Origin: the human T2T-CHM13v2.0 reference genome, Homo sapiens
Reading direction: 5' to 3' (one strand)
Assembly: GCF_009914755.1 (NCBI RefSeq)
Contig: NC_060947.1
DNA: 64,000 nt
Both the position numbers and the translations under genes were made by a program. The notes beneath the pieces are model-generated. The model did no database searches. It was not told the DNA's origin and worked only from the letters and a program-made list of their open reading frames with translations. Position 1 is the stretch's first letter. Every line of letters starts with the position of its first letter. Positions 14,881 through 30,884 of the stretch are shown in pieces.

Positions 14881-17242
14881 TTCTTTAGGAGATACTCATG
14901 GCTGCTCTGTGTCCAACTACATTTGGGAGTCACCTCTTACTGAATCCTTTTATATACTGGGTCACTTGCAAAGGCTTAATTGAGCATTTGACTATCATAT
15001 GCCACAGAATGGATCGGACACTATAAATAAAACACAAAAGAGAGTTTGTCTTTTCTGGGCTTCATCTTCTTAAAAAAATCAGCTATTAGACAAGCATATG
15101 TCTAATTATATATATCAAGCATATGTCATATTATATATATCAAGTTATATATGTTAAACATCATACATATACTGTAGGTAGCTTTTTGTGGTCACAAAGC
15201 TTTACTATTATTATTTTTATGTACTTCTTGAGAAAAGGCTATCTATAACAGGATAATTTTAAGTAAAAAAAGCTTAAATCTTTCAGTCAATGTTCATATA
15301 TTATCCTCATAAGAACAATTTGTGTTAGGTATTCTTTTCTATTTTAAAGTAGATAAAATATAGGTACAAACATGTTAAGTAATTTGTCTGAGGTACTAGA
15401 GGTATGGCGAGAAGCTGATCTCAAGCCAAAATGTAAAGGCCTATGTTTTTCTGATTCTCCTATTATTTTGGTTCTATGAGAGAATGTTAAAGAAAACATA
15501 ACTTTTTCCCAACTCTCAGTCCAGGACTGAGAAATCTCAAACACTAAGCATATGAGTTTGTGAGCGAAGGTTTGCACATAAATGTATATACTCACATTTA
15601 TGGGAATATATGATCTGTACTTAAGCCATAAACTAAATTTAAAATTTATAGTTTAAACATGATATTTCAAAATTCTAGTAAAGCAGACACACACTTCTAT
15701 TTACTTTTCTATTTATATTTATGTATCTTCTGGTCCTTTTACTATTTTATCAAGATACTTGAAAGCAGGGATACTTAACCAAAAGCTGGTTTAGGAATGG
15801 ATTATGAATGGCTTATGAATGGATTGCAGGAGCATTTGAACTGCTGGATTTTTATGTAAAAGGTTGTATGTAAAGGATATTCACTGTGTATTTTTCTGAG
15901 GAGTCCCACAGCTTTTATCAGACTGACAAAGGATGCATGAACTAAACAAATTAAAAAGCAATTAAGGTCTTTATAACCTCTATACATAGAAAGTTCTATG
16001 TTTTTTCTACTTTTTATTTCCAGCTGGACAAATAATGTCTTGTAAAAGTTTAGTTCACTGTTTTCTCCCTTCAAGCCCCCAGTGAAGTAGGAGATGATGT
16101 TATCTATTTAGTACGGGCTGGAGATAATAAATTGTGAACAAAGTGAAGAATAGTCATGAAGGCTGCTTTACAGAATTGGAGGTAATTTGGTGTCTTTTAT
16201 TTACTGCAGCTAAAAGGTTCTTCAAAATAAGCATAATCTTTGCTTCAGCTACATGTGTTTCTTCCAGATTTTCTAATGCTCTTCCACATCACTGTTTTCT
16301 TGGTTCACCCTTTACATTTTAGATAAATATTCCACAGTGAGACCTTCCTGATCCCAAACCTGAATTAAATAAATACTCTTACGCTCTCTCATGCACTTAT
16401 TTTTATTTAGAAAATTTATCATAATTCTTGACTACTTACATATGCTTGTCTAATAGCTGATTTTTTTAAGAAGATGAAGCCCAGAAAAGACAAACTCTCT
16501 TTTGTGTTTTATTTATAGTGTCCGATCCATTCTGTGGCATATGACAGTCAAATGCTCAATTAAGCCTTTGCAAGTGACCCAGTATATAAAAGGATTCAGT
16601 ATGAGGTGACTCCCAAATGTAGTTGGACACAGAGCAGCCATGAATATCTCCTAAAGAAATGTTCCACAGGCTGAAATTAAGGCATAATCTCTAGAAAAAT
16701 GTTTTTTAAAAGTTGTGCTTTATAATATCACATTTATCATGGAAATATATCTGATCATTATGTATCAATAACAGAAATGTGTGCTTTACTATTTTCTTTA
16801 GGTTTTGCTAAAACTTACTACCAAATATCCTGAAATTAATTTCACTTTAAAGCTAAATAAATTGGTCTATATACACTAAAGTCATAAGTGAACATTTTCT
16901 TTTAGTAGACAATTATACAAAAAAATTCCCTTTTCCTGAAGGCATTTCTTGTCTCTGAAAATAAGAATTTTATAATTGGTCTTATTTTCCGTTTTCTTTG
17001 GCTTCTAGGGGTCCCAGAATAACATACGAATCAATTATTTATCTTCTTAGCCAACACCCTTAATCCAAGCAACTGACCTCTTTTGCTTTGATTACATTAC
17101 TTTCAATACATTCTCATAACCTCACCAATAAAGAGCTATTTGACAGATGAATGTGATCAAGACACCCTTTGCTTACAATTCTTCAATAGCATACTACTGC
17201 TTTTAAGATAGATATCCGAACTCAGGAGCTTTCATTTCTTGA

Positions 17243-17614
<372 letters not shown>

Positions 17615-18927
17615 TGTAATTTTCTTCTTAGATATAGTTACCCTGGCCTTTCTGTTCCTTCCCACAATAGGAGCTTTGCATAAGCTCTTTACTCCAACAG
17701 AATAGGCTTCCTTGATATTCTCTTTCTGAATACAGATAATGTAAATATTACTTTACGTTGTAAATATTAACATTTCTCTGACTGAGTGTACGTCTTCCCC
17801 ATTGACAGTAAGTTTCACAAGGATAGGAAACATGTTTTCAGTTTTTGTCTTGTTACTGTTTTGTTTTCTCATCATACTCCAGCAACTAGCACCTTTTATG
17901 TACTGTTTTTAATTAAAATTTGAATGAGTGAACTAAAACATCAGGCCTTAAATCTGCATACATATTTGGCTCTAGTCAATTATATATATACTTCTTTATT
18001 TTCACTAATTTGGTTGCACATTTTATTATGTCTCCAAATCATTGTGAAAGACAGTAAGCAAAAACTGACAAATTAGTACAATCTTGGAATTCATGTATTA
18101 TAAAAGGCTGGTTCAGATTGTTTTACTCAATTGTAACATGTTTTGATTGAAACGGTGTAAAACAGGAAAAAATTATCTAGAACCAAACTTTTATTGCATG
18201 TTGGCTATGGAAAAGTACAAATAATAACTAAGACGTAATCAACTAGGCCATAATCTTGATGAGTTTTCAGATTTGATTATATTATATATAGATATAAAAT
18301 AAAGGAATTAATATTTTAATAAAATCAATGAAACTTCAATATATTTTACAATAGATTTTAAATACTATGTTGATTTTTTATGAAAGTTCAGAACATCAAA
18401 AAGACTAATGCAACATAAATTTGCCATGAGTTTATACGCACCTTAAAAGAAATGTTCGCAGATTCTACTTGTATCATGATGGGTTGCTTTTGTGACATAA
18501 CTATTGAAAATGTGTGTTTTTTTTTTCTGCAGTACAATCTTCACATTCAGATTTAATTGTAATCTTAGCCAACTTTTGCTCATAGAAGGATTAATCATAT
18601 GACTTTTTGTTTACACACAATCACCTGTAGAAAGCAGTTATCATTCTATTCATTTCTTCATTCATTCAACAACACTGACTTTTATGCTACTCTATGCCAG
18701 GCCCTGAGTGAGTTCTGGGAGATACTAATATACACTTAAGTTCTGCCATCAATGAACTTACAGTCTTTTGAGAAAGACAAGGCAATAGTTTCAGCATGAC
18801 TTGACAAATCTTAAGAAAAAAGAGCCAGAGAAACATAGAAAGAGGGATCTAAATTAGGCTAGAAGAAATAGCAAGGAGTAGATACAGGGAGGAAGGGTGT
18901 CCCAGACACAGAAATATGCATGTGCTA

Positions 18928-19333
<406 letters not shown>

Positions 19334-20322
19334 TTAGGTTAAAGGGGTAGCCAAGATTTTTAAATTCTAAACATATTTGAAAGGAAAAAATCATAATCTA
19401 ATTTTTTATTACTCTTTATTACAAAAACAAATTTGGTTTTAAAGATCAATAAACTACATTTTTAATACAAAGTAGTATATACAATATGCATGTAATTACC
19501 TTTTGCTATTTCAAGCTTTGCTCTGTGTGCATACAAATATATCAATACACATATATAATTTTTAAAATACATAAAATCTTAATGTGTACAACACACATAT
19601 GACAACGTTTTGAATATTTAAACAAAAGCAAATGACTTGCTAAATTGCAAATATGTACATATGGAAAATAGATATATTTGCTCATGCAACTGCTTTTTAA
19701 AATTCCATTACTTCTGCCAAATCAAGCAACACTCACACGGGTGGTATAAGTACACAGAAATAGCGAACAACATAAATGTTAGCATTCATAGATCAGCCTT
19801 TTATGGGAATGTAATTTTTCATGTACAATTCACTCAACATATTAAAACAATCTTTTTATGTCCCTTGTTATGGTTTTATCAGACAAGCAGAACAATTTCA
19901 AGGGAACCTAAGAGTAGACTATCAATATTAGTCATTGCTCATGTTGTGTTTACAGGAAGTTCACTAATTTACATTCGATTTATATTAATAATCAAGAGTG
20001 GAACTGCAATGAAGTGCAAACTTTCTTTTTAATTCTCTTTTCTGTAGTGTACAAACTCATGTATCAGTAGCTTTGGGGGCTATTAGCACTACCTCCAGAA
20101 TATAAACCTGTCATATTTTAAATTTGCCTCATTTCAGAAGTTTTGTCTTCTTATATTCAAAGGAGCATGCTTGGTATGAGTCACAGTATCAACTTCTGCA
20201 TTGAATGTTTTCTAAGCCATCTCAAAATGCATACAAATTGTTAGAAATCAATCTCAATTTATTTATCTAACATATTTACATGATATCCAAAAATGAAGAC
20301 AGGATAGATAATAGAAATCTAA

Positions 20323-20714
<392 letters not shown>

Positions 20715-20942
20715 TTCTTCCAGAATTTTTGGGAGATGTAAAATAAAGAGATGATTTAAAAAGCTCTTTGTGAATGCATATTTTAATCTTTACTCTGGCT
20801 CTGGAGATTTTATAGAGGTAGGTAAACTAAAGTTGTGTTTCTAAATAATGTTTCTGTAAGATATATTTTTAAATCTGTAAGTTAAAATGTTTCAGAGAGA
20901 TAATGCGATCTGTTTGAAGCCATGCTATATTTTGGAGACGAC

Positions 20943-21246
20943 TTTTTTTTTTTTTTTTTTTTTGAGACAGAGTTTTGCTCTTGTCACCCAGGCTGGGGTG
21001 CAATGGCACGATCTTGGCTCACTGCAACCTCTGCCTCCCAGATTCAAAGATTCTCCTGCCTCAGCCTCCCAAGTAGCTGGGATTACAAGCATGCACCACC
21101 ACACCTGGCTAATCGTTTGTATTTTTAGTAGAGATGGGGTTTCACCATGTGGGCCAGGCTGGTCTCGAACTCCTGGCCTCAAGCGATTTACTCGCCTCAG
21201 CCTCCCAAAGTGCTGGGATTATAGGCGCGAGCCACCGCACCTGGCC
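20943..21246 (-). mobile_element. AluS
   Basis: Alu consensus with poly-T. Confidence 0.92.
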
Positions 21247-22048
21247 AAAGGGACAATATTTCTTTAGGTCAAAGGGAAAGTTTACAACAAACCACGTAAC
21301 CACACAAACTGCAAGAACAAATATTTCCCTTCTGAGCTGCCTTAGCAAAGGGTATCTGGGAATATCAAACAGAATGATTCATAAGCAAATTATAATGTCC
21401 AGAATATTCAAATTTTCAATATCAAGTTTGTGTTTTACCAGCAGAATCAAAATTATAAGAAATTATCGAGTTTGGTCTCAGTATAGTTCTATGTGCTATA
21501 AGGATCCTCCAGAATGTAAAAAATAATACCTGTTCTCAAGAATCTTATTTAACAGTTGAGAGAATGAGCTGGATCTGAATAAAACACATAAACTATGATT
21601 CTTAGACTTTTATCACCTCAGAGATATGCTAGGAAAATACTGTATTTTTTAAGAATCCCTTTAAAAACTTTCCTTAAAGCAATAACACAAGCATTCTAGA
21701 TGGTTCCACATAGAAGCAGAAAAAAAATACAAGAAAGAAAGCTCTATATAACCAATCCCTGATTTAAAATTGTGAAACAATCTCAAATAGGTCCAGTCCC
21801 ATTTCATTACCAAACATCTACAAGTTTATGCTCTGGGTTTACCATCTTTTGATATCTCCTCCCTAATACCAGTGAAAGGGATATGGAAATTTGTTGATAT
21901 AGATGTTACTGTAGAATTAATACTGACAGTGATCAGTGAAATTTACATTGGGGTGGTAATTAGTTATTAATGATTTAAAATTTTTACAGTGTCACCTTTA
22001 CTGTCTTCTAACGATGTGTGTCCAAAACAGTATTTATACATGAGACTC

Positions 22049-22355
22049 TTTTTTTTTTTTTTTTTTTTTTTGAGACAGAGTCTCACTCACTCTGTCGCCC
22101 AGCCTGGAGGGCAGTGGTGTGATCTGGGCTCACTGCAACCTCTGCCTCCCAGGCTCAAGCAATTCTCCTGCCTCAGCCTCCCAAGCAGCTGAGATTACAG
22201 GCACTGGCCACCACGCCCGGCTAATTTTTGTATTTTTAGTAGAGACGGGGTTTCATCATGTTAGCCAGGCTGGTCTCAAACTCCTGACCTCAGGTAATTC
22301 ATCCCCTCAGCCTCCCAAAGTGCTGGGATTACAGGTGTGAGCCACCATGCCCAGC
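22049..22355 (-). mobile_element. AluS
   Basis: Alu consensus with poly-T. Confidence 0.92.
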
Positions 22356-22359
22356 CCCA

Positions 22360-22468
22360 CCAGTAACATTTTAAGGGCTCAATAGTCACATATGGCTATT
22401 GGCTACTATATTGGTCATGATAGATACAGAACATTTCTATTGCAGAAAGTTCTATTAGCACTATCTGA
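22360..22468. mobile_element. hAT-Charlie MITE fragment (MER3-like)
   Basis: ctcaatagtcacatatggctattggctactatattgg...gcagaaagttctatt. Confidence 0.55.
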
Positions 22469-23039
22469 GCAATATAACTTTTTATTGTCACTAAGAGGAA
22501 CTTACCTAGTTATTTACTCTGGTCTGCTAGTATGATTTTACCTGTAAATATAATACAGCATATTTGGACTGCAACACATAATTGAATCTTTCCCAGATAG
22601 GACAGAATATATGTATTTGTTCTGTTCAGAAAGATTCATCCCAGTTTAGCGGAAGAGAAAACGAAGCCTCAACACCTATAATAGCTTTTTAAATATCACA
22701 GAACTGGTGCTTATCTATCAAAGAATACTGACAATGCCATTAAAATTGTTGTTCTCTGCGCTGTATATAAATATACTGAATAATATTGGTTAATATGGGT
22801 ATGCCTAGGAGCAAGTTGCTAACTTTCTTTGAATTATAGTTTCTCATGGTGTAAACCAATTCTGCTTGAATGGGTCTGCTGTCATTGGATGTGGTATAAA
22901 AATTGTGAGGAGCTTAGCATAACCATAACCTAGGGCAAACCCAAGCCCTTCTCTTAAGTAGCACGGCACTAAAGACTTATAACTTGAGTGCTTTTCAAAG
23001 GTGTGTGGAGGCTGTATCCTCTTTACTGCTCCTTCCCTG

Positions 23040-23661
23040 TGTTATATGTAAACAATGTTTATTTAGAAACAGAATGCTTGTTCCCTGGTGCTGCAAAGAA
23101 ACAGCACTCGAACATAAATTTAACTCTCTCAGCAAGGTCATTTTTACTTTTTGCAGAAAGGGTACACTCGCCAGCAGTTTTGCCACGAGAGTACACCGAA
23201 CAAAGGAGACAGGGTCATTTATAACCTGACATGTTTACTCTACTGCTGTGTCTGGTTTCCATTGGCTGGAACAGGACCACACATTCTGTATTTGTCCCGA
23301 TTGGCTAGCAACTTAGAACTTTTCAAAAGAGACAAAGGCAGAGGAGAACAAAGGAAGGAGGAAGTAACTTGTTTCCACAAGTTACTTGCTGAGAAAGGTA
23401 AAAACACCTTCAAATAAGGAAGAGGAACAGGCTATGACCTAATGCGTGCTTGGACCAGTATAAGCATGCCAGGGCAAATATTTAGGCTAAATTGTGGGAA
23501 CTAAGAACATAAAGTACATTGATTTCTTTATTACGGCTAGTAGATATTTAAGAATGTTAGCACAGGTCGTTTAATAAATTTTGCTTCTAGGAGACGTTAC
23601 TATTTATTCCCAATTAGATGGGTAGGAAAGTTTCTTTGGAGAGAAACCTCTACTTTTTACA
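23040..23661 (-). mobile_element. Solo LTR, PABL family (ERV1)
   Basis: Minus strand starts TGTAAAAAGTAGAGG, ends ...CATATAACA; two CCAAT boxes and TATAAA; TSD CCTG at 23036-23039 and 23662-23665. Confidence 0.8.
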
Positions 23662-23665
23662 CCTG

Positions 23666-23965
23666 CAAGAGCTCAGGTTGTAAGTGGCTGTATTTCTTTT
23701 TCAAAGGTCACAGCTCTTGTTGGGCGGTCTCTCCTCAGCTCCTCCATTTCCAGGATCTAGTAATTGCTCCCTCACATTTTACCTTTTTTAGGCCTAGTGG
23801 TGGGTTATGTCTTTCTATTGTCCCCAGAGCCAGGGGCCACCTGCATCACAGTATTCATTAGTTTCCCTTAACCCTACCCACAACTTTGAATATTGTTTCT
23901 TATTGCCTCTCATAGTTTACCCATTTTAGCATGCTGTGTGTTTCTTTTCTTGCTGATCTCTGATA
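23666..23965 (+). mobile_element. Old ERVL LTR remnant (LTR16-like), probably the host of the PABL insertion
   Basis: ttccccttaaccctacccacaactttgaata... resembles LTR16-type 3' part; highly diverged. Confidence 0.4.
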
Positions 23966-24851
23966 GATAAGCATCCAGAGATGATGATATGTCTGCTATT
24001 AATTAAGGATTTGTTCGTCACTCCATATGAGTTAATAAAAGTCCAAAATATGACTTAAAATTAACAAATTTTGTATGAACTTGTGGTTGTTCCATATCTA
24101 TCTAGAAACATATCTCTAGAATAGTTCTCATTTCATGTCGAGATTAAGATATTTAGTATATAGTGGCATTAACTCTTCATCTTGCCCATTAAAGGCAAAA
24201 CAGATTGTTTTTTAATTATTTCTTCAAATGGAACTTCCTTTCATAAAGACAACGTGTACTGTAAGCATTCTTTACTGTTTTTTACAGCCAAGAAAAATCG
24301 ACATAGTTTACACACCTATTGATTTGTCATAAGATGTCAACTAGAGAACAAAAAAAACCCAAACAGATTAATGGACAAGAGTGTTAATTGCAATGATATA
24401 TAAAAAAGCCAAAATTACATAATAGCTCTAACGTAATAGCTCTGACACGCAACATAAGAAGATAAAGAATGAACTATCTATAGGTAATATTTAAAAATAT
24501 ATGTAGAAACCATTAAGGCATTGTTGACTCAAGGACACTGGAAGAGATGCTGGCCCAATCCAAACAGATGCTGGTTTAAAATGACTGGACTATTCTTACA
24601 AGGGGCACACCAACTCAGTATCAGTTCTACAGCAAAACCATATGACAGAATATTATGGAGCAATGTAAGTAATGATTAAGTTTTACAATGCAAAGTTAGA
24701 CACCAAAAAATATCTAACTTTATTAAGGAAAAAATAAACTGTTTAGAGAAAGGATGTTTTAGCTGTGGGTGGCTTTCCCTCTGTTTTAAAATTATACTTT
24801 TAAAATTTCTTTAAATATCATGTATTTCTTTGTTAAAGATGGAAACGATGA

Positions 24852-25153
<302 letters not shown>

Positions 25154-25750
25154 TGAAAACCATGAGTAATAAATGAAAATCAATTAACTCAGAGTGTATT
25201 AATGGAATTATATGTGTATCAAGTACAATATTTAACTAAATTATAATTGTAAAACTCCTGAATTTGGATAGAATATCTCAGAAATCTACCCCTACCAATT
25301 TTTTCATGTTAATATCACCTCTTCTAAAATCTCATCAGCTCCTAGGAATTGCCTAGATTTTAAAAAGCAACTATAACCTATGGATAGGATGGTCCCTGTG
25401 TGGCCACTAGGAAGCTACTGGAAGAGAAAGAGAGATATAGTATATTCTGTAGCCATGTGACAAGTGTGGGACCAGAAGAGCAGTTAGTGAGGATAATTTT
25501 GCACAGCATTTGAAATTCTTACATTAAAGATACTTTGTTGGCAATCGCAGCGTTTATTTGTTTATTTGGTTTTACATATAAATAAAAATGCATTCCTAAG
25601 CATATTAAAGAGGCACTTGTATTGTTAATGTCCTACTAAAGCTAGGAAAATACAGTTTTTGGATCAGATCTAAATTTAAGTCTAGATTCTGCCACCTAGG
25701 AGCTGTAAAATCTTGTGTAAATTACTGAAAAATCTCTCTGAACCCTATTA

Positions 25751-26119
<369 letters not shown>

Positions 26120-27714
26120 TCAAATGGCTTTTGGGAAGAACTAATGTGATAGTGTGTGTTGAATGCGTAGTGCCTGATAGTGCATAATTAATAAATGTTT
26201 ATTCCCTTTTCTAAAATGAGGAAGTAAATAATATGGTAAATGACATTTTTTCTCTTTTTTAAATTATATTCACAAGGTAGACTTGTTTCCCTCTATATCA
26301 GTAAGCTTGTTTATTTTTAAACTGGCTCAAGGCAATTGAAGATATTTCAGATAACAGAAGTTAACCTTTCCATCCTCTTGGTATTCAAATTCTTTCTCCT
26401 TTGATAAAACTTTCAAAGAAGGTTTTCAATGTTTATTCCAAATGATTTCAAGTTGACGTTATAAGTTCAAATTAAAGTTTGAATTCAAATCCAAACTTCC
26501 TAAACTTTTCTAAGACAGTAAAATAACCATTGTTCTTTAGGCTCACGGACTTCATAGACTGTCACGTTTTATTTATTTCAGGTTTGTTGTTTGCCACAAT
26601 AGACATTCTTCTCTTTGAAATAAAATAATATTTCCTCTATTTATTCCTTGAGATAACTCTAAAATTTATTCATTAAAAGAATCGTCCTTTAAGTATAATT
26701 TTGGAAAAAAAGAAACTTCCAAAGAGGAGATATTACCCCAGAAGGCTGGTTTTTTTTGTTTTTTTTTTTTTAAGTATTCCACTTTAAAAACTCAGGTGTT
26801 ACAGTTCACTGAGCATAATGTATTGGATTTCTGGGAATTAAAGGCAATGTTATTTGACAAAGTTCTAATTAACTGGTTGTACAGTTAAAATTTTTTTCTT
26901 CAAATTTTCTCATCAGATAACCTCTCAAATATTTTCTCATCAAATAACTTCTTAGAAATGGAGGTTTTATTTTAAAAAAGACAGTGTTACATTTAATGCT
27001 AGGATTGAAATCTTCCTAAAGTGGGAGAATAAATAATAATGATGTATTTCTCTGAATGCTTTATTGATTCCACTACAATTTGTCCATGTGTTACCATGTG
27101 TTACCATACTTGGTATATTATTTCATATCCAGAGTCCATTCAGTCTTATAAGAGCTTATTAAATACATACTAATACATATCAAATTATAAATGAATCAGT
27201 GGGCATTCTACATTTTACATCGTATATATGTACATATATATCTACATATAAATGCTCAAGCATTTAGTTGTTAAGTGAACGCTTTTCATTGGCAAGAAAA
27301 ACTTACTTGATGTTTAATTGGTTCAGGTTGCATCTCATGCACATACTTAAACCCGTAAATGGCAAGTGGTATGGAAGCATATAAGCGAATTAAAGTATGA
27401 TTCATTTTCTGTGACAAGGGGTAGTCTCATTTCTTTACTGAAGACTACTGTGAAATTGTGAGGATGGAGATCTGAGCAAAATCAGAGTTCTATTGGAATG
27501 GACACAGGAATGAGCCTATCTGGTAGGTGATTAAGGTATCTGTTACAACTTGATACACAACAAGAAATCCAGTAATATTAATTGGTAAGACATTCTTCTA
27601 GCATCACGATATTAAATACGTCCAGAATTCCTATAAAATCTGTACATTAAGTTAATTTCTTTCAAAAATTAACTTTTGGTTCTAGAGTACTTTGATGTGT
27701 TTCCATAACTGACC

Positions 27715-28163
27715 TGTCAGGCCTCTGAGCCCAAGCTAAGCCATCATATCCCCTGTGACCTGCATGTATACGCCCAGATGGCCTGAAGTAACTGAAGAAT
27801 CACAAAAGAAGTGAAAATGGCCTGTTCCTGCCTTAACTGATGACATTCCACCACAAAAGAAGTGGAAATGGCCTGTTCCTGCCTTAACTGATGACATTAC
27901 CTTGTGAAATTCCTTCTCCTGGCTCATCCTGGCTCAAAAAGCTCCCCCACTGAGCACCTTGTGACCCCCACTCCTGCCCACCAGAGAACAACCCCTCTTT
28001 GTAATTTTCCTTTACCTACCGAAAACTTATAAAACGGCCCCACCCCTATCTCCCTTCCCTGACTCTCTTTTCGGACTCAGCCCGCCTGCACCCAGGTGAT
28101 TAAAAAGCTTTATTGCTCACACAAAGCCTGTTTGGTGGTCTCTTCACACGGACGCGACTGAAA
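27715..28163 (+). mobile_element. Solo LTR7 (HERV-H LTR) #1
   Basis: TGTCAGGCCTCTGAGCCCAAGCTAAGCC...GACGCGACTGAAA; 5-bp TSD TGACC (27710-27714, 28164-28168); ATTAAA at 28099. Confidence 0.93.
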
Positions 28164-28745
28164 TGACCCATTAGAAAAGCATACTTACTTATGTCTTGCA
28201 TTTTTTGAGCTATAATTTTTAAAAAATGTAAACTCAGAAATGTATGGAATCACTAAAAAAATTATAGAAAATGGGATCTCACAGTTATGTCTTTGTAACT
28301 CATGCACATTAAAAGCAATCCCAAATAAAAATAATGATAAATCTAGCATAATAAATCATTATTTCTTTAAATATATTTTTCCTAAGAACAGAACGATAAC
28401 TCAAATTTAAGTGTTCCAAACTGATAAGTCCTCAGGGGAACACTAAAAGTGAGAGTAATTTAAAAGTAGAATATCAGTAGATTTTAGCAAAAGAAAAATT
28501 GATAGTGCTCATTAGGAATTTATATAATTTATTGAATCATAATTACACTATTGATTTACATAACAGACTCCTTTCACAGGTAAACTTTCTCCTAGAGTTT
28601 TGTCATATTTTACAAATTCTAAATGAGTTAGCCCACTTAAATGTTTGTTTCTTAAAATTTTCTAGCACAGAAAAATATGTTAATAACGTTTTAAAATAAT
28701 AATGTAGTGTGTTTCTTTTGAATAAAGAGACTATCATGTAGAAAC

Positions 28746-29149
28746 TGTCAGGCCTCTGAGCCCAAGCTAAGCCATCATATCCCCTGTGATCTGCACGTAC
28801 ACATCCAGATTGCCGGTTCCTGCCTTAACTGATGACATTCCACCACAAAAGAAGTGAAAATGGCCTGTTCCTGCCTTAACTGATGACATTGTCTTGTGAA
28901 ATTCCTTCTCCTGGCTCATCCTGGCTCAAAAGCTCCCCCACTGAGTACCTTGTGACCCCCACTCCTGCCTGCCAGAGAACAACCCCCCTTTTTCCTTTAT
29001 CTACCCAAATCCTATAAAACGGCCCCACCCCTATCTCCCTTCGCTGACTCTCTTTTCGGACTCAGCCCACCTGCACCCAGGTGAAATAAACAGCTTTATG
29101 GCTCACACAAAGCCTGTTTGGTGGTCTCTTCACACGGACGCGTATGAAA
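28746..29149 (+). mobile_element. Solo LTR7 (HERV-H LTR) #2
   Basis: Same termini; own 5-bp TSD GAAAC (28741-28745, 29150-29154); AATAAA at 29085. Confidence 0.93.
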
Positions 29150-29518
29150 GAAACATTTAACCATTCTTAATTCAAACACAGACGCCCAAGTAAGAAAAGT
29201 GAATTTATAAAATTGGGTAAAATTCACAAGCTGAATTATTAGTTCACAAACTGAAATATCAGTAATAACCTAAAATAGTGTTTATTCTCAAAGACAATGT
29301 GAAAACTCTCATTAGGCATTAGAATCTACTTTTCAAACTCAAAAGTGAATCTCCTTGTAATTATCAGAGCTAAATATATGTAAACAAAGTAACTGATTTA
29401 GTTAAAGTGATTAAACTTTTTTCCCATTCTCCCCCAGTTAAAATGAACAGTGGCTAAAAATTATTATCTTAAAGGTTTATCCATAGTTCCAATTGCAACA
29501 TTTTAAAACGTCTATTCC

Positions 29519-30484
29519 TACATAGACCATTGGAATAGAATAGAGAAGCCAGAAGTGAAGCCAAATACTTAAAACCAATTTACCTTCAACAAAGCATACA
29601 AAAACATAAATTGGGCAAAGGACAGCCTATTCAATAAATGGTGCTGGGAAAATGGGACAACCACATGTGGAAGAATGAAACTGGATCCCTATCTCCTACC
29701 ATATACAAAAATTAGCTCAAGGAGGATTAAAGACTTAAGTCTAAGACCTGAAACCATAAAACTCCTCAAAGAAAACCTAGGAAAAACTCTCCTGGACATT
29801 GGCCTAGGTAAAGAATTTATGACCAAGACCTCAAAAGCAAATGCAACAAAAATAAAAATAAACAAATGGGATCTAAGTAAACTAAAAAGCTTCTGCACAG
29901 CAAAAGAAATAACCATCAACGTAAACAGAAAACCGACAGAATGGAAAAAAATATTTGCAAACTGCATCTGACAACTGACCAATATCTACAACCTACAAAG
30001 AACTCAAGCAAATCAGCAAGAAGAAAACAATCTCTTTAAAAAGCTTGGAAACGACAAGAATATACATTTCTCAAAAGAAGATATACAAATGATCAACAAA
30101 TACATGAAAAAATACTTAACATCACTAATCATCAGGGGAATGCAAATTAAAACCACAATGAGATACTTCCTTATCTTAGCCAGAATGGCCATTATTAAAA
30201 AGTCAAAAAACAATAAACGTTGGCATGGACAAGATAAAAAGAGAACACTTATATACTGCTGGTGGAAGTGTAAATTAATACCTCTCTGGAAAACAGTATG
30301 GAGATTTCTCAAAGAACTAGAAGTAGGTATACCATTCAATCCACGAATCCTAATACTGCATATCTACCAAAATAAAAATAAGTCACTATATGAAAAAGGC
30401 ACCTGCATACATATGTTTATTGCAGCACAATTCACAATCGCAAAGATATAGAATCCACCTTAGAGTGGATAAAGAAAATGTGAG

Positions 30485-30521
<37 letters not shown>

Positions 30522-30884
30522 ATAGAATACTACTCAGCCATATAAACAATGAAATAACGTCTTCTGCAGCAACTTGGATGGAACTGGAGGTTATTATTCT
30601 AAGTGAAGTAACTCAGAAATGGAAAATCAAATACTGTGTGTTCTCACTTATAATGGGAACTAACTTATGAGTATGCAAAGGCATACAGAGTGATATAAGG
30701 GACTTCAGAGACTCAGAAGTGGAGGGGGTGGGAATGAGGGATAAAAAACTACATATTGGGTACAACGTACACTACTCGGGTGACGGCTCAATAAAATCCC
30801 GGACTTCACCATTATACAATTCATACACGTAAGCAAAAACCACTTGAAACCCTAAAGCTATTGAAGTACAACAAAATAAAAAAT
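29519..30884 (+). mobile_element. 5'-truncated L1 (L1PB/L1MA-type): decayed ORF2 C-terminus plus 3' UTR
   Basis: ORFs 29675-29971 ([13 protein letters not shown]...LKSFCTAKE) and 30089-30451 are L1 ORF2-like; degenerate TSD aaaa(c/t)gt(c/a)tattcc; internal (CA)n at about 30487-30519. Confidence 0.92.

Noticed and set aside
19637-20032. 131-aa ORF in apparently unique sequence
   Set aside because: Non-ATG start, AT-rich composition typical of chance ORFs, no recognisable homology
22495-22515. Minus-strand TAG|GTAAGT, a possible recursive splice site
   Set aside because: No polypyrimidine tract upstream of the AG, and no matching acceptor identified
27715-29149. Internally deleted HERV-H provirus
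   Set aside because: Each LTR has its own TSD and the spacer has no PBS, PPT or internal sequence
29675-30451. ORFs resembling a reverse-transcriptase protein C-terminus
   Set aside because: Frameshifted fragments of L1 ORF2 in a 5'-truncated dead element
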